Shown here piece by piece: positions 25,085 to 35,617 of a stretch of DNA of 64,000 bases (within the stretch, counting starts at the first letter, position 1; every line of letters starts with the position of its first letter). Source of the DNA: Malacoraja senta (Eukaryota); the NCBI GenBank assembly GCA_038087875.1, contig CM075988.1, positions 7,876,001 to 7,940,000 on the forward strand, read 5' to 3'. Position numbers and translations under genes: made by a program. The notes below the pieces were generated by a model, which was not told the origin of the DNA, ran no database searches, and saw nothing but the letters and a program-made list of their open reading frames with translations.

Positions 25085-25599
25085 TGTGAGAAAGGGGTTA
25101 ATAGGTATAAGTTGATTTAGACAAGAACCCTTTGTATAGTAGGGAGTATAGTAGGGAGGATAGGGGGAGTAAAGGACAAATACAAATGGTGACTTTTCAA
25201 GGATGAGAACAGAGAAGATAAGGAGACCATCCATTCTGGAATTAGGGTAAGGGTCATGAGAAACACTCTGTGCGCTTGCGTAATGAGATAAATGAATATT
25301 GCAAACACACCCATCATGACAAGATGTCTCATTTAAATGTACATGCGATGTATGATGTGGGAGGCACCAGGGGCGGTACCTGTAGAATGTGCACCTCAGT
25401 GCTCTGATTTGACAAGAGCCCGAAGGGGAGGAATAAATGTAACAAATGTAAAATGATGTGAATAAGAGAGAGATGAATTCCATCTCTCGGTGTGTCTTGA
25501 CAGGGGAGACACCCAACTCTGCAGACTTGCTAATAAATAAACTTGTTTCTCTACATTCTCTACGCATCGTGAGTGTTCTTTCACAACTTGCGCCTGACA
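25085..25599 (+). repeat. ERV 5' LTR
   Basis: Only two differences from the 3' LTR spotted by eye. AATAAA at about 25532-25541. Confidence 0.95.
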
Positions 25600-25602
25600 G
25601 CT

Positions 25603-25622
25603 TGGGGGCTCGTCCTCGGGAT
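25603..25622 (+). promoter_or_regulatory. tRNA-Pro primer-binding site with a 2-nt insertion
   Basis: TGGGGGCTCGTCC-TC-GGGAT versus the canonical PBS-Pro TGGGGGCTCGTCCGGGAT. Confidence 0.85.
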
Positions 25623-26009
25623 CCCCACTCCGGCCAGCTGGCGACAGTATACGGAAGAAGGGACGGTGCACCCCGTTGATTTCAACGGTCCCAGACCCCT
25701 AGATTGTCGTCAGCGGTTTGAGCGAGTGATATCCAGGACCAGAGATTAGAGAAACAAGTGGGAGTTCCGATCCGGAGGAAGATCGGGGGGAAATTCGCGA
25801 AGGAGCCAAATCGAGTGATTCTTGTGCACAAGACCCGGGTAAGAAAACTGACAATTAAGTACTACTCGGGCGATTAAATAAGACCTTGTGGATACCGCCC
25901 TGAAGAATTCAGGGGTCTGTACGGGCAAGGCAGAAAAGGCGGGAAAATAGATCTGGGGTAAACAGATCGGGGGTAAACAGATCGGGGGGGGGAAATTCCG
26001 ATCGGGAGG

Positions 26010-27750
26010 ATGGGCAATGAAAACGGAAAGCCCACCAGGGAGGGGAAGGGCGGTAAGCCCGACCCCAGCATTCTGCCTGATAGTCCGTTGGGGCGAATGC
26101 TGAGCCTCTGGGGGCAGAGAAATACCCAGGGAATTGGAGGACAAAAATGATTGAGCCTCTGGAGGCAGAGAAATACCCAGGGAATTGGAAGACAAAAATG
26201 ATTTGATTCTGTTATATTGAGTTTTAATACATGTAAAAGATGTTGCATTTATTGAAGTAAGAATGGAACGAATGTGATTTGTGTGCAAAAACCGGTTTGG
26301 AATGAAAGAGGAAGTTTATATATGTGATAATTATTTTGTTTATTGTATTTGTAGACCACATTGTAAGAGTAAGTAAGTAAGTTTTATTAAAATCAAAAAT
26401 GTTCACTGTAGGTAGGTGTATGTTCCTTTAAATAAATCAGGTCATGGTGAAAGGCGCCGAACAGCTGTAAGATAACGGTTAATGTTTGTATCCTCGTAAG
26501 AAGGGGAAGTTGTAAAACCAGCTTTTGGTTATTCTGATGTTCTTTTAGATTTCTAGTCAGTAAAGATAATTTGGAAAATTGTTACTAGTGCTAGGAATTG
26601 GACATTTAAAATAGTGGTGAATATGGATTGAAATAATTGGAAATAAGTTAATTGGTAAACATTCAAGTTTAGAAAGAAAGGAGAGAGAGGCAGTTAGAAG
26701 ATAACAGAAGTAGAAAAACGACAGGCGTGAAAGTAATAAAGCAGGAGGAGTCAGTGGAAGATTTTTGCAAGGAGGCTAGAATATTTGAGAAGCAAGAAAT
26801 TGAGTTTAGAATTAGAAAGAAGGCATACCAGAAAGGATTAAAGTTGGAAGCATTGGGATAAAGTGATGAGACTGCTTTAAAGAGAAAAGAGAAGGACAGA
26901 CACGGATTATCCCTTGGGGCACCCATAAACTGAAAGGGCTAAAAAATACCTCACCCTATATCCCTGATAGGGGAGGAAATTGATTAGGGCTTTGGAGGAG
27001 GAGAACGTGGGACTATTATTGATCATGGAAGATTTGAAGGCACTGTTGGTAAAAGTGATAGGAACCACTAAAGTGACAGAACTGAAGATGGATGGTATAA
27101 ACTGATACGAACAATGTAACAAGCAATGGCATACTGTTTGACACAGTCAGGCAGAGGGTATGGCAGACCCTCAGACAATGTTACCCACTTAAGAGGAACC
27201 CCAAGGAACAAGGGGAGATACAGAAGGAAAGGCAAATAGCCTATCTGGAAAACCAGCTGAAAAGGTGGAGAGTTGATTGATGAACATTATATTATGAACA
27301 GGCAGAGGGCATGGCAGGCCCTCAGACAATGTAATCCAGCAGCCTATCTGGAAAACCAGCTGAAAAGGTGGAGAGTTGATTGATGAACATTATATTATGA
27401 ACTACTGTGGTGGATGTCATTCTTCTTAAAGTCAAGCAGATTCAGCGAACAGTTGGTCTCTGTGGTCGAGAAATATCGCAAAGATAGGAAAAAGACTTGC
27501 AAACCAGCAGGAGGAGTTGTTGTCAATAAACAATGGACCTAAGTGAGTCCTATGACGGAACCAAGCAGGGCCAGAGAATTACATGCCAATAATGAATGTC
27601 TTTGGGGTACGTTTCCTCAAAAAGTCCTATCAGGAGTGAAATTAATCTGGATATAAGCCCTAACAGGACTGGGGTCCCCAAGAGAGAAAGGGATTTAAAG
27701 GAGGATTTGTTGATATTGTTCCATAAGTAACAAGCGATGTAAGAGAGAGA
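26010..27750 (+). pseudogene. ERV gag remnants
   Basis: MGNENGKP...ILPDSPLGRMLSLWG is a myristoylation-type, class I matrix-like start. A degraded IPWG...IRALEEENVGLLL..DLKALL segment follows at about 26900-27090. Many stops. Confidence 0.65.
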
Positions 27751-27859
27751 GAGAGAGATTTAAAAAAAAAATACTTCAGAATGTAGGACAGAGTATGATA
27801 ACCTCGGGAAAAGGCAGGATATAGTTCAGACTAGATTAGGTATAAGCCCTGTAGTGTCG

Positions 27860-28170
27860 TTTATGATGAATAAGGTAATTAAGAGGTTTGGTAGACCTAC
27901 AGAAATCAGCTTTGACAACGGATTGTTTTTATTTAGAGTGTAGCTAAGTTGGCGATAGAGACCCTTAGAGTAAAATACACATTTGGGTATGTAACACCTG
28001 CAGTCACAGGCATGGTGGAAAGAATAAATGGAACATTGAAGGTTAATATAAATAAGATTTGTTTAATATACAAGTCTATTTATGAACAGGAAAAGTAAAA
28101 GCTGTTGGAGGTGGACCAGGAGGAAGGACCCTTTAAACCTGAAGACAAGGTGTATGTATAAGTTTTCTAA
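27860..28170 (+). pseudogene. Degraded retroviral-type integrase remnant (first of two)
   Basis: VIKRFGRPTEISFDNG...QSQGMVERINGTLK...KSIYEQEK...GPFKPEDKVYV, read across frameshifts. Confidence 0.7.
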
Positions 28171-28329
28171 ACTACCGACCGATGTTCAGGTAGAAGGTTG
28201 ATATACCTGGTACCAATTCAATAATTACATGAGGGCTGTCCCGCATGTACGAATAGATAATAGCCCTGAGGTAAGTGAACAGGAGGACAAGAGATGTGAG
28301 AAAAGAGTAGAGTTTGAACAAGAACGTTG

Positions 28330-29272
28330 TTTGACATCAGTGGTGGGCAAAATAATGGAAAGCATACTTAAGACAATATATAAGAATAGGGTAGGATTAG
28401 GAAGAATTAGCATGGATTTGTGATTGTGATGTTTGACTAATCTTGAATTTTTTTAAAAGGTTATTAGGGAAATTGATGAGGGTAAAGTGATGGATGTTGA
28501 CTAGATGAACTTCAGTAAGGCCTTTGACAAGGTTCAATAAGGAAATAAGGTTGGTTAAGAAGGGTTAGTAAGGAATAGCAAGATGGATTAAAAAGTGGCT
28601 GTATGGGAGATGTCAGAGAGCAATGGTGGATGGATGTTTGTCAGGTTGGAGGTCAGTGACTAGAAGGGTACCTCGGGGATGTGTGTTGGGTCCACTGTTG
28701 TTTGTCATGTGAATCAATAATCTGGATGTTGGTGTGGTAAAATAGATTAATAAGTATGTAGATGATACTAAGATAGGTGGTGTTGTGAATAATGTAGATT
28801 TTAAAAAGTGTACAGAGAGATTTAGGTCATTTGGAAGAATGGGTTGAAACATGACAGATGGGTTTAATGTTGATAAGTATGAGATGATACATCTTGGCAG
28901 GACAAATCAAAATTGAATGTACATGGTAAATGATTGTGAATTGAGGAATGAAGTTGAATAGAGGGATCTAGGAATAACTGTGCATGGTTCCCTGAAGGTG
29001 GAATTTCATGAAGATAGGATGGTAAAGAAAGATTTTGGTGTGTTGGCCTTTATAAATCAGAGCATTGTGTATAGAAGTTGGGTTGTAATGTTAAATTGTA
29101 CAAGGTATTGGTGAGGTCAATTGTGGAGTATGGTGTATAATTTTGGTAGGCATAATTATAGGAAAAGGTCAACAAAATAGAGAGAGTACAGAGGAGATCA
29201 ATTAGAATGTTGACTGGGTTTCAGCAACTAAGACACAGAGAAAGGTTGAACAAGTTAGGTCTTTATTATTTA
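28330..29272 (+). repeat. CR1 LINE RT fragment captured inside the ERV, strongly C-depleted
   Basis: LTSVVGKIMESIL, FSKAFDK, VTRRVPRGCVLGPLLFV, KYVDDTKIGG, ERVQRR. No CR1 3' UTR or tail seen. Confidence 0.85.
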
Positions 29273-29289
29273 GGAACGATAGAAGGGGT

Positions 29290-29666
29290 CCCAACAAATA
29301 CAAGGGAATGATGTATTCCTAAGGAACTATTTACTGGCAGTATCTCGTTCTATTACAGAATTAAGAACCAAGGGGCTGCTGGCACAGAGTCCCCATCTCG
29401 ACTTTCCAATCCATTCTGTGAAAGCGGGGGACTGGGATCTTGTAACATCATGGAAGGAAGAAAAGCTGCAACCTAAGTGGACTGGACCCTACCTGGTGTT
29501 ACTAATCACCGAGACAGCAGTACGAACAAAAGAAAAAGGGTGGACACACGCAAGCCGATTTAAGGGTCCTGTGGAGGCCCCACCAAACAATATCAGCCCG
29601 TGGACTGTGCGCAAAGGAGAGGAACCATTGACTTTAATATTTAACAAGAACCCGCGGGAAAAATGA
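29290..29666 (+). pseudogene. Class I retroviral integrase C-terminus (GPY/F region), frame open
   Basis: FLRNYLLAVSRSITELRTKGLLAQSPHLDFPIHSVKAGDWDLVTSWKEEKLQPKWTGPYLVLLITETAVRTKEKGWTHASRFK. Confidence 0.85.
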
Positions 29667-30811
29667 AGATTTCGTGTTGGTGGGTCGTGTGTTGGGTGGT
29701 TACCCAACTATGTAAGCATACAGAGTGTTCAAATGCAGGAAAGTGGAAGGATGTGCAGATAGAACAGGGAGAATGAGCCTAAGGATTTGAAGATAATGAT
29801 AGTAGCAGGAGAAACAGAATTAAGGCAATTATATGAGATGGGAATACCTACAGGAGGGAAGGGAGCCAACACCTGGCTTGCCTGGATGATGTACACGGCC
29901 AGGAGTATGCAACACACCAATTGCTACGCCTGCGCCGGAGCTAAGCCTCAGCTGGTTCCAGAACCATTTCCCTTGAATTGGGATAGGACACCTGGGGCTA
30001 TGTCATGTATACTACAGCTATTCACGAATCCCATCCTACCAAAGGATGCGACCTGCCAGAGTTATCATTACCTATTCCCGGCTAGCAACAACAATACAAA
30101 GGGCCGAAGGACAGACACTTCAACACACACATATATATAGATGCGATAGGGGTGCCAAGAGGGGTACCCGATGAATTCAAAGCCAGAAACCAGATAGCTG
30201 CGGGCTTTGAGTCCATACTCTTCTGGTGGTCCACACTTAATACAAATGTGGACTGGATCAACTACCTATACTACAATCAACAACGCTTTATAAATTACAC
30301 TCGAGATGCGGTTGAAGGATTAGCGGAACAACTGACAGATACCAGCCTAATGGCCTGGCAAAATCGCATGGCCTTAGACATGCTACTGGCTGAGAAGGGA
30401 GGGGTGTGTGTAATGTTTGGGGAACAATGTTGCACCTTCATCCCCAACAACACTGCTCCTGATGGGTCAGTATCGAGAGCCCTAGCAGGTCTCACCTCCC
30501 TGTCTATCGAATTGGCCGAGAACTCCGGAGTAGACACCTCCTGGACCGGGTTTCTAGACTCCTGGTTTGGGAAATGGAAGCACATCTTTACCTCAGCCCT
30601 AACATCAGTGGTAGTTATGATGGGGTTGCTGTGCATATTTGGATGTTGTATCATTCCCTGCGTACGGGGGTTGTCTCAGCGATTGATAGAGACAGCCCTG
30701 ACCAAGAATGACGCCGCCATGATGGCCTTTAAAACACAGTATGACCAGCGAGAGGAAGATAAAGAGGCGAAGATTCTGCTGCTAGCATTAGAGAAGGGGC
30801 AGATAGTCTAA
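29663..30811 (+). pseudogene. env: Gamma-type env: signal peptide, partial SU (CYAC) and intact TM; internally deleted and frameshifted
   Basis: MKISCWWVVCWVV signal peptide and SU CxxC motif CYAC. TM reads YIDAIGVPRGVPDEFKARNQIAAGFES..., with ISD WQNRMALDMLLAEKGGVC, CX6CC (CVMFGEQCC), a hydrophobic anchor and tail. No furin RxKR site seen. Confidence 0.9.
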
Positions 30812-30847
30812 ATCAAAGATTGCAGTAGCAAAAGTAAAAGTGTGGAT

Positions 30848-31362
30848 TGTGAGAAAGGGGTTAATAGGTATAAGTTGATTTAGACAAGAACCCTTTGTAT
30901 AGTAGGGAGTATAGTAGGGAGGATAGGGGGAGTAAAGGACAAGTACAAATGGTGACTTTTCAAGGATGAGAACAGAGAAGATAAGGAGACCATCCATTCT
31001 GGAATTAGGGTAAGGGTCATGAGAAACACTCTGTGCGCTTGCGTAATGAGATAAATGAATATTGCAAACACACCCATCATGACAAGATGTCTCATTTAAA
31101 TGTACATGCGATGTATGATGTGGGAGGCACCAGGGGCGGTACCTGTAGAATGTGCACCTCAGTGCTCTGATTTGACAAGAGCCCGAAGGGGAGGAATAAA
31201 TGTAACAAATGTAAAATTATGTGAATAAGAGAGAGATGAATTCCATCTCTCGGTGTGTCTTGACAGGGGAGACACCCAACTCTGCAGACTTGCTAATAAA
31301 TAAACTTGTTTCTCTACATTCTCTACGCATCGTGAGTGTTCTTTCACAACTTGCGCCTGACA
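30848..31362 (+). repeat. ERV 3' LTR
   Basis: Near-identical to 25085-25599. Preceded by the purine-rich AAAAGTAAAAGTGTGGAT. Confidence 0.95.
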
Positions 31363-31367
31363 GGCGA

Positions 31368-34108
31368 GAAGGTTGACATTTACGGACAAGCAGCGGTACA
31401 GGTACAGCTCGAACCTCACAGGAAGCCAGAAACGCTGACCCTAGTGGTAGTAAAGAAAGGTGCATGCCTAATGGGAAAAGACTCGTTGAGGAAGTACCCT
31501 GGATTGCTGTCAAATCTAGCCAGCTAGAACACACTAGACCCAAGCCTAAGTACATCGAGTAGTATACAGTTTGCAAGAGGCCATGAGCTCAGTACTCAAC
31601 AAGCACGCCAAGCTGTTTGATAACAGCACCCATGAAGGGATACCAAGCCAAAGGGTATCCACAAGACGAAAACAGTGGAGCAAAGTTTTACAAAGCAGCT
31701 CCTGTTTCATATGCTGCTAGAAAGCTGATTGATGCCGCATTGGATGACGTGCTGCAGGATGGCATTATCAAGCCGGTGAAGACAGCAGATTTCACATGCC
31801 CGATCATAGCTGTTACAAAACCAAATGGGAGCATGAGTCTGTGGCAATTACAAGCTCACAGCAAATAAGGTGCTGAAAGTGGAACAGTATCCACTTCCCA
31901 CTTTGGAGGATCTCCTGCAGGAAATCTCCAGAGGAGAAAAGTTCTCTAAATTAGTCCTCTCACATGCCAATTATCAGATAGAGTTAGGCCATGAAGCTCG
32001 GAAGTTCACCACAATAAATACGCACAAGAGTCTCTTCGAGTATACCAGGTTACCCTTTGGGATATCCAGCGCAACAGCCACGTTCCAGAGAACAATGGAG
32101 AGCCTACTAGCGGATATTCCCATGTGCAAGCTGTATATCTGGATGATATCATCATCAGCGGGAAGACTGACGAAGCGGTCCTGTCAAGACTAGAAACCAG
32201 TGGGTTACGTCTGAAGAAGGAGAAGTGTGCACTGATGCAAGAGTCAGTCGACTATCTCGGATATTGACTGAACAAGATTGGTCTTCGTCCTCTTCCAGAC
32301 AAAGTTGATGCGGTGCGGGAAGCAAAGCGGCCTGTGAATCAAAGCCAACTCCAGGCATACCTCGGCTTACTTGGGTATTACAGGATGTTTATACCTAACC
32401 TGTCACAGGAGATTGCACCGTTGACTCTAATGCTGAAGGATGAGTACAGATCAGCAGATTCAAAGAGTGGGAGAAGCAGCGAGCCTGATCCCATGTTCAA
32501 ATGGGGAAAGGAGCAAGAGCAGGCATTCCAGAGATCCAAGCGTCTCCTGCAGAATGATAGTGTTCTGACGCATTACGATCCAGCGAAAACAATTCTGCTT
32601 CAAACTGATGCAAGCCCCTATGGCTTAGGTGCTGTGATAAGCCATGTTGAATCAGATGGACAAGAATACCCAATAGCGTTTGCCTCACGCACTCTCAAGC
32701 CCAGCGAAGTGAACTACGCACAATATGAAAAGGAGGGTTTATCCATAATCTTCAGACTGAAGAAGTTCCACAAGTAGTTACATGGGAGGTCTTTCACCAT
32801 TGTGACTGATCACAAGCCTCTGATGGGATTATTGGGAGACCACAAGCCTGCCAGCCCAATGGCCTTTGCTCGCATAGCAAGATGGCATATGATCCTGTCT
32901 GCCTACAGTTATAAGATTGTCCATCGAGAAGGCAAGAAACACCAGAATGCAGATGCGTTGTCGCACTTGTCGATCCACGAAGAGGACTCTTCATGGAATC
33001 ACCCTGAGCTCGCGGAGCTTGATGAAGCACCAGAGGCACGCATCAACATGCTCACCGATCTGGAAACATGCCCTGTTGATGCACAGGAAGTGAAGAGAGC
33101 TACCAAATCCATCCATGGGAGTTTCCTGAGAGACCGTGGAGTAGGATTCACTGTGATTATGCCAGCCTTGATGAGGAGAATTTGCTGATTGTGGTCGATG
33201 CTCACAGCAAATGGATTGAAGCCATTCGGGTGAAACACGCAAAAGCAGCGGCAACAGTGATTGCCCTGGGACCGTTGTTTGCATCTCATGGGTTACCGGG
33301 AATGCTGGTCACATATAATGGTACGCAGTTTGTGTCTGAAAAATTTGCCAGGTTCCTCAGGAGCAACAACATCTGCCACATTCAAACATCACCCAAACAC
33401 CCGCCCAGCAACGGACTAGCTGAAAGAGGTCTACAAATGGTGAAAGCAGGTGTGAAGAAAGGAAAAGGATCCAACCTGGAAATAAAGATCCAGAAGTTCT
33501 TGCTGACTTACCGAGTCACACCTCAAGGAACGACTGGAAAGTCACTCTGTGAACTGATGTTCAGACGAAAGATCCGCACTAAACTTAACAGTCTGCGACC
33601 CAATCTAAGCCAATCTGTCCGAAGGAAGCAAGCTTCAATGAAACAGGCAGCAGATCGAGATAGCAAGGAATGAGTCTTTGAGGTGAATGATCATGTCATG
33701 GTCAAGAACTTCACATCAGGTCCTACTTGGCTTTACGGAATGATAGCAGAAGTCATCAGTGAAGTCATGTACAACGTAAAGTTGAGTGAGGTAAGAGTCG
33801 TGCGTCGTCATGTAGATCAAATGAGAGCATACTTGCCTAAAGGTGATGAGCACACCGAGTTCCAGCAAAGAGAAGTGGTTCAACCAAGCGAGGAGCCAAT
33901 GATGGTTCTGCCTACTCCACCCGCATTGGATCCTGAAAGAACTTCAGAGAGTGAGTCCACAGTGATAACACAACATCACCACCAGAGCCTGATATCTCAG
34001 ATAACATGCAAAGTCCAACAGACTTTGTCTAATAGGATGTCTAATCGCATGTCTAATAGGACTAAAAGAACACCTAAAAGATTTGAGGATTTTGTTCTTT
34101 ATAAGTGA
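31368..34108 (+). pseudogene. Gypsy pol remainder (protease C-terminus, RT, RNase H, integrase, GPY-like end)
   Basis: YPLPTLEDL, FTTINTHK..FEYTRLPFGISSA, (Y)LDDII, LQTDASPYGLGAVISH, TDHKPL, LIVVDAHSKWIE, NGLAER. Multiple frameshifts; the integrase Zn-finger appears deleted near 33110. Confidence 0.9.
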
Positions 34109-34352
34109 AAACATAAGTGAAAAGCAATGTGTCATTTATATGGTTTGCCACACCACGTTTAAGGAAGATGGGTGGAATATTATGTAAAAATCATGTGCCA
34201 AGTTTACTTTATGCATGTTTATTACTGTTATGATGATCTAATTGTAAGATGACTTCCATAATACGACTTGGAGAACAGTGTATTATTCAATTATATTTTG
34301 TGTACAAGATCATATACAGTGAAGGTGAAATGGTGTTACCTGCCTCCAAGCT

Positions 34353-34365
34353 AAAGGGGGAAGAG
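34353..34365 (+). promoter_or_regulatory. Gypsy polypurine tract
   Basis: AAAGGGGGAAGAG abuts the 3' LTR. Confidence 0.85.
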
Positions 34366-34524
34366 TGTTATGTATGAGAATATGATTAGCATAATTGAAT
34401 GTCTTGCGCAATTGTACGCATGCCCAGAGAGACTCAAGATGGCGATAACTAAACAACAAGCACGTTAAATACTGTGGTGTGCCGAGTCTTATTTTAAGTC
34501 CGATTCCAGCGTAAATACATAACA
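34366..34524 (+). repeat. Gypsy 3' LTR
   Basis: 159-bp copy of 23111-23269, followed by TSD GAGTT. Confidence 0.95.
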
Positions 34525-34560
34525 GAGTTGGTGCATGTCACATGGCTGCTACAAATGTGA

Positions 34561-35391
34561 CAAGTACAGCTCCTGAAGGACCGTGTTGGGGAACTGGAGA
34601 AGCAAGTGGATGACCTCAGGTTTGTCCGAGAAACGGAGTCGTTCCTCGACAAGTCCTACAGTAAGATTGTTACACCTAAAGTACTGGAAGAGAGAAGGTG
34701 GGAGACAGTGAGAAAGTGAGGGAAGCATGGAATGCAAACGTCCCCGGGTGTTGTACCTCTTGTGAACAGGTTCACCCACTTAGAAGCTGTCGGGACAGAA
34801 GACGTATTGACACTGAGCGGCAGACTGGCTTGCGATGCGAATAGGGCTGTTGAGCCAAAACCAAAAAGGCCAAAGTCAGGCAACGCCATTGTAGTGGGAG
34901 ACTCCATTGTGAGAGGTACGGACAGGGGTTTCTGCGGCAACAGACGGGATTCGAGGATGGTGTGCTGCCTTCCTGGTGCCAGGATCCAGGATGTCACGGA
35001 CAGATTGCAGAAAATCCTCAAGGGCGAAGGTGAACAGCCGGAAGTGGTAGTGCATGTCGGCACAAACGATGTCGGAAAGAAGGGGATGAATATTCTGCAG
35101 CGTGACTTTAGAGAGCTCGGAAAAATGCTGAAAAGCAGGACCTCCAGGGTTGTTATCTCCAGTTTGCTTCCAGTTCCTCGTGCTGGCGAGAGCAGGAACA
35201 GGGAGATACGGGACCTGAATGTGTGGCTGAGGAACTGGTGCACGGGGCAGGGATTTAGATTCTTAGATCACCGGGATCTGTTTTGGAGTAAAAGGGAACT
35301 GTACAAAAGGGACGGATTGCATCTTAACAGGTGGGGGACCAGCATTCTGGCAGGCAGGTTTGCCACTGCTACACGGGTGGTTTTAAACTGA
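34561..35391 (+). pseudogene. CR1 ORF1: coiled coil plus SGNH/GDSL esterase
   Basis: QLLKDRVGELEKQVDDL..., VVGDSIVRG, VHVGTND, DGLHLN. One in-frame TGA at about 34717. Confidence 0.88.
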
Positions 35392-35617
35392 ATAAGGGGG
35401 GTGGGGTGTCGAATGGGATAGTTGAGGATGGAATTAAAGGGAAAGGGTTTCTTAAATGTGTGAGCGTAGAGACAGAGGGGTGTAAAATGAGGGTAGAAGC
35501 AATAGGTAGCAAGGTGAAAAGTAAAAGTGGCAGGCAGACAAATCCAGGGCAAAAATCAAAAAGGGCCACTTTTCAACATAAAAGGGTAAGAGTGTTGTAA
35601 AAACAAGCCTGAAGGCT

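Larger units (their letters stand above)
25085..31362 (+). mobile_element. Non-autonomous endogenous retrovirus (class I-like ends and env), 6278 bp, inserted in the Gypsy protease
   Basis: 515-bp LTRs (TG...CA), 5-bp TSD GGCGA (25080-25084 and 31363-31367), PBS-Pro, gag start, integrase remnants and env. Removing it restores KLKSYMGEKVDIYGQ. Confidence 0.95.
23111..34524 (+). mobile_element. Full-length decayed Ty3/Gypsy LTR retrotransposon (Mag-like) containing a nested ERV
   Basis: 159-bp LTRs (TG...CA), TSD GAGTT (23106-23110 and 34525-34529), PBS, PPT, and gag-PR-RT-RH-IN remnants in Gypsy order. Confidence 0.95.

Noticed and set aside
25073..25567. Antisense ORFs duplicated at 25.1-25.6 kb and 30.8-31.4 kb
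   Set aside because: They are duplicated only because they lie in the two LTRs; no coding hallmarks.
25085..31362. Intact infectious provirus or domesticated syncytin-like env
   Set aside because: No retroviral protease or RT, disrupted gag, and a deleted, frameshifted env. The insertion is too young to show domestication.
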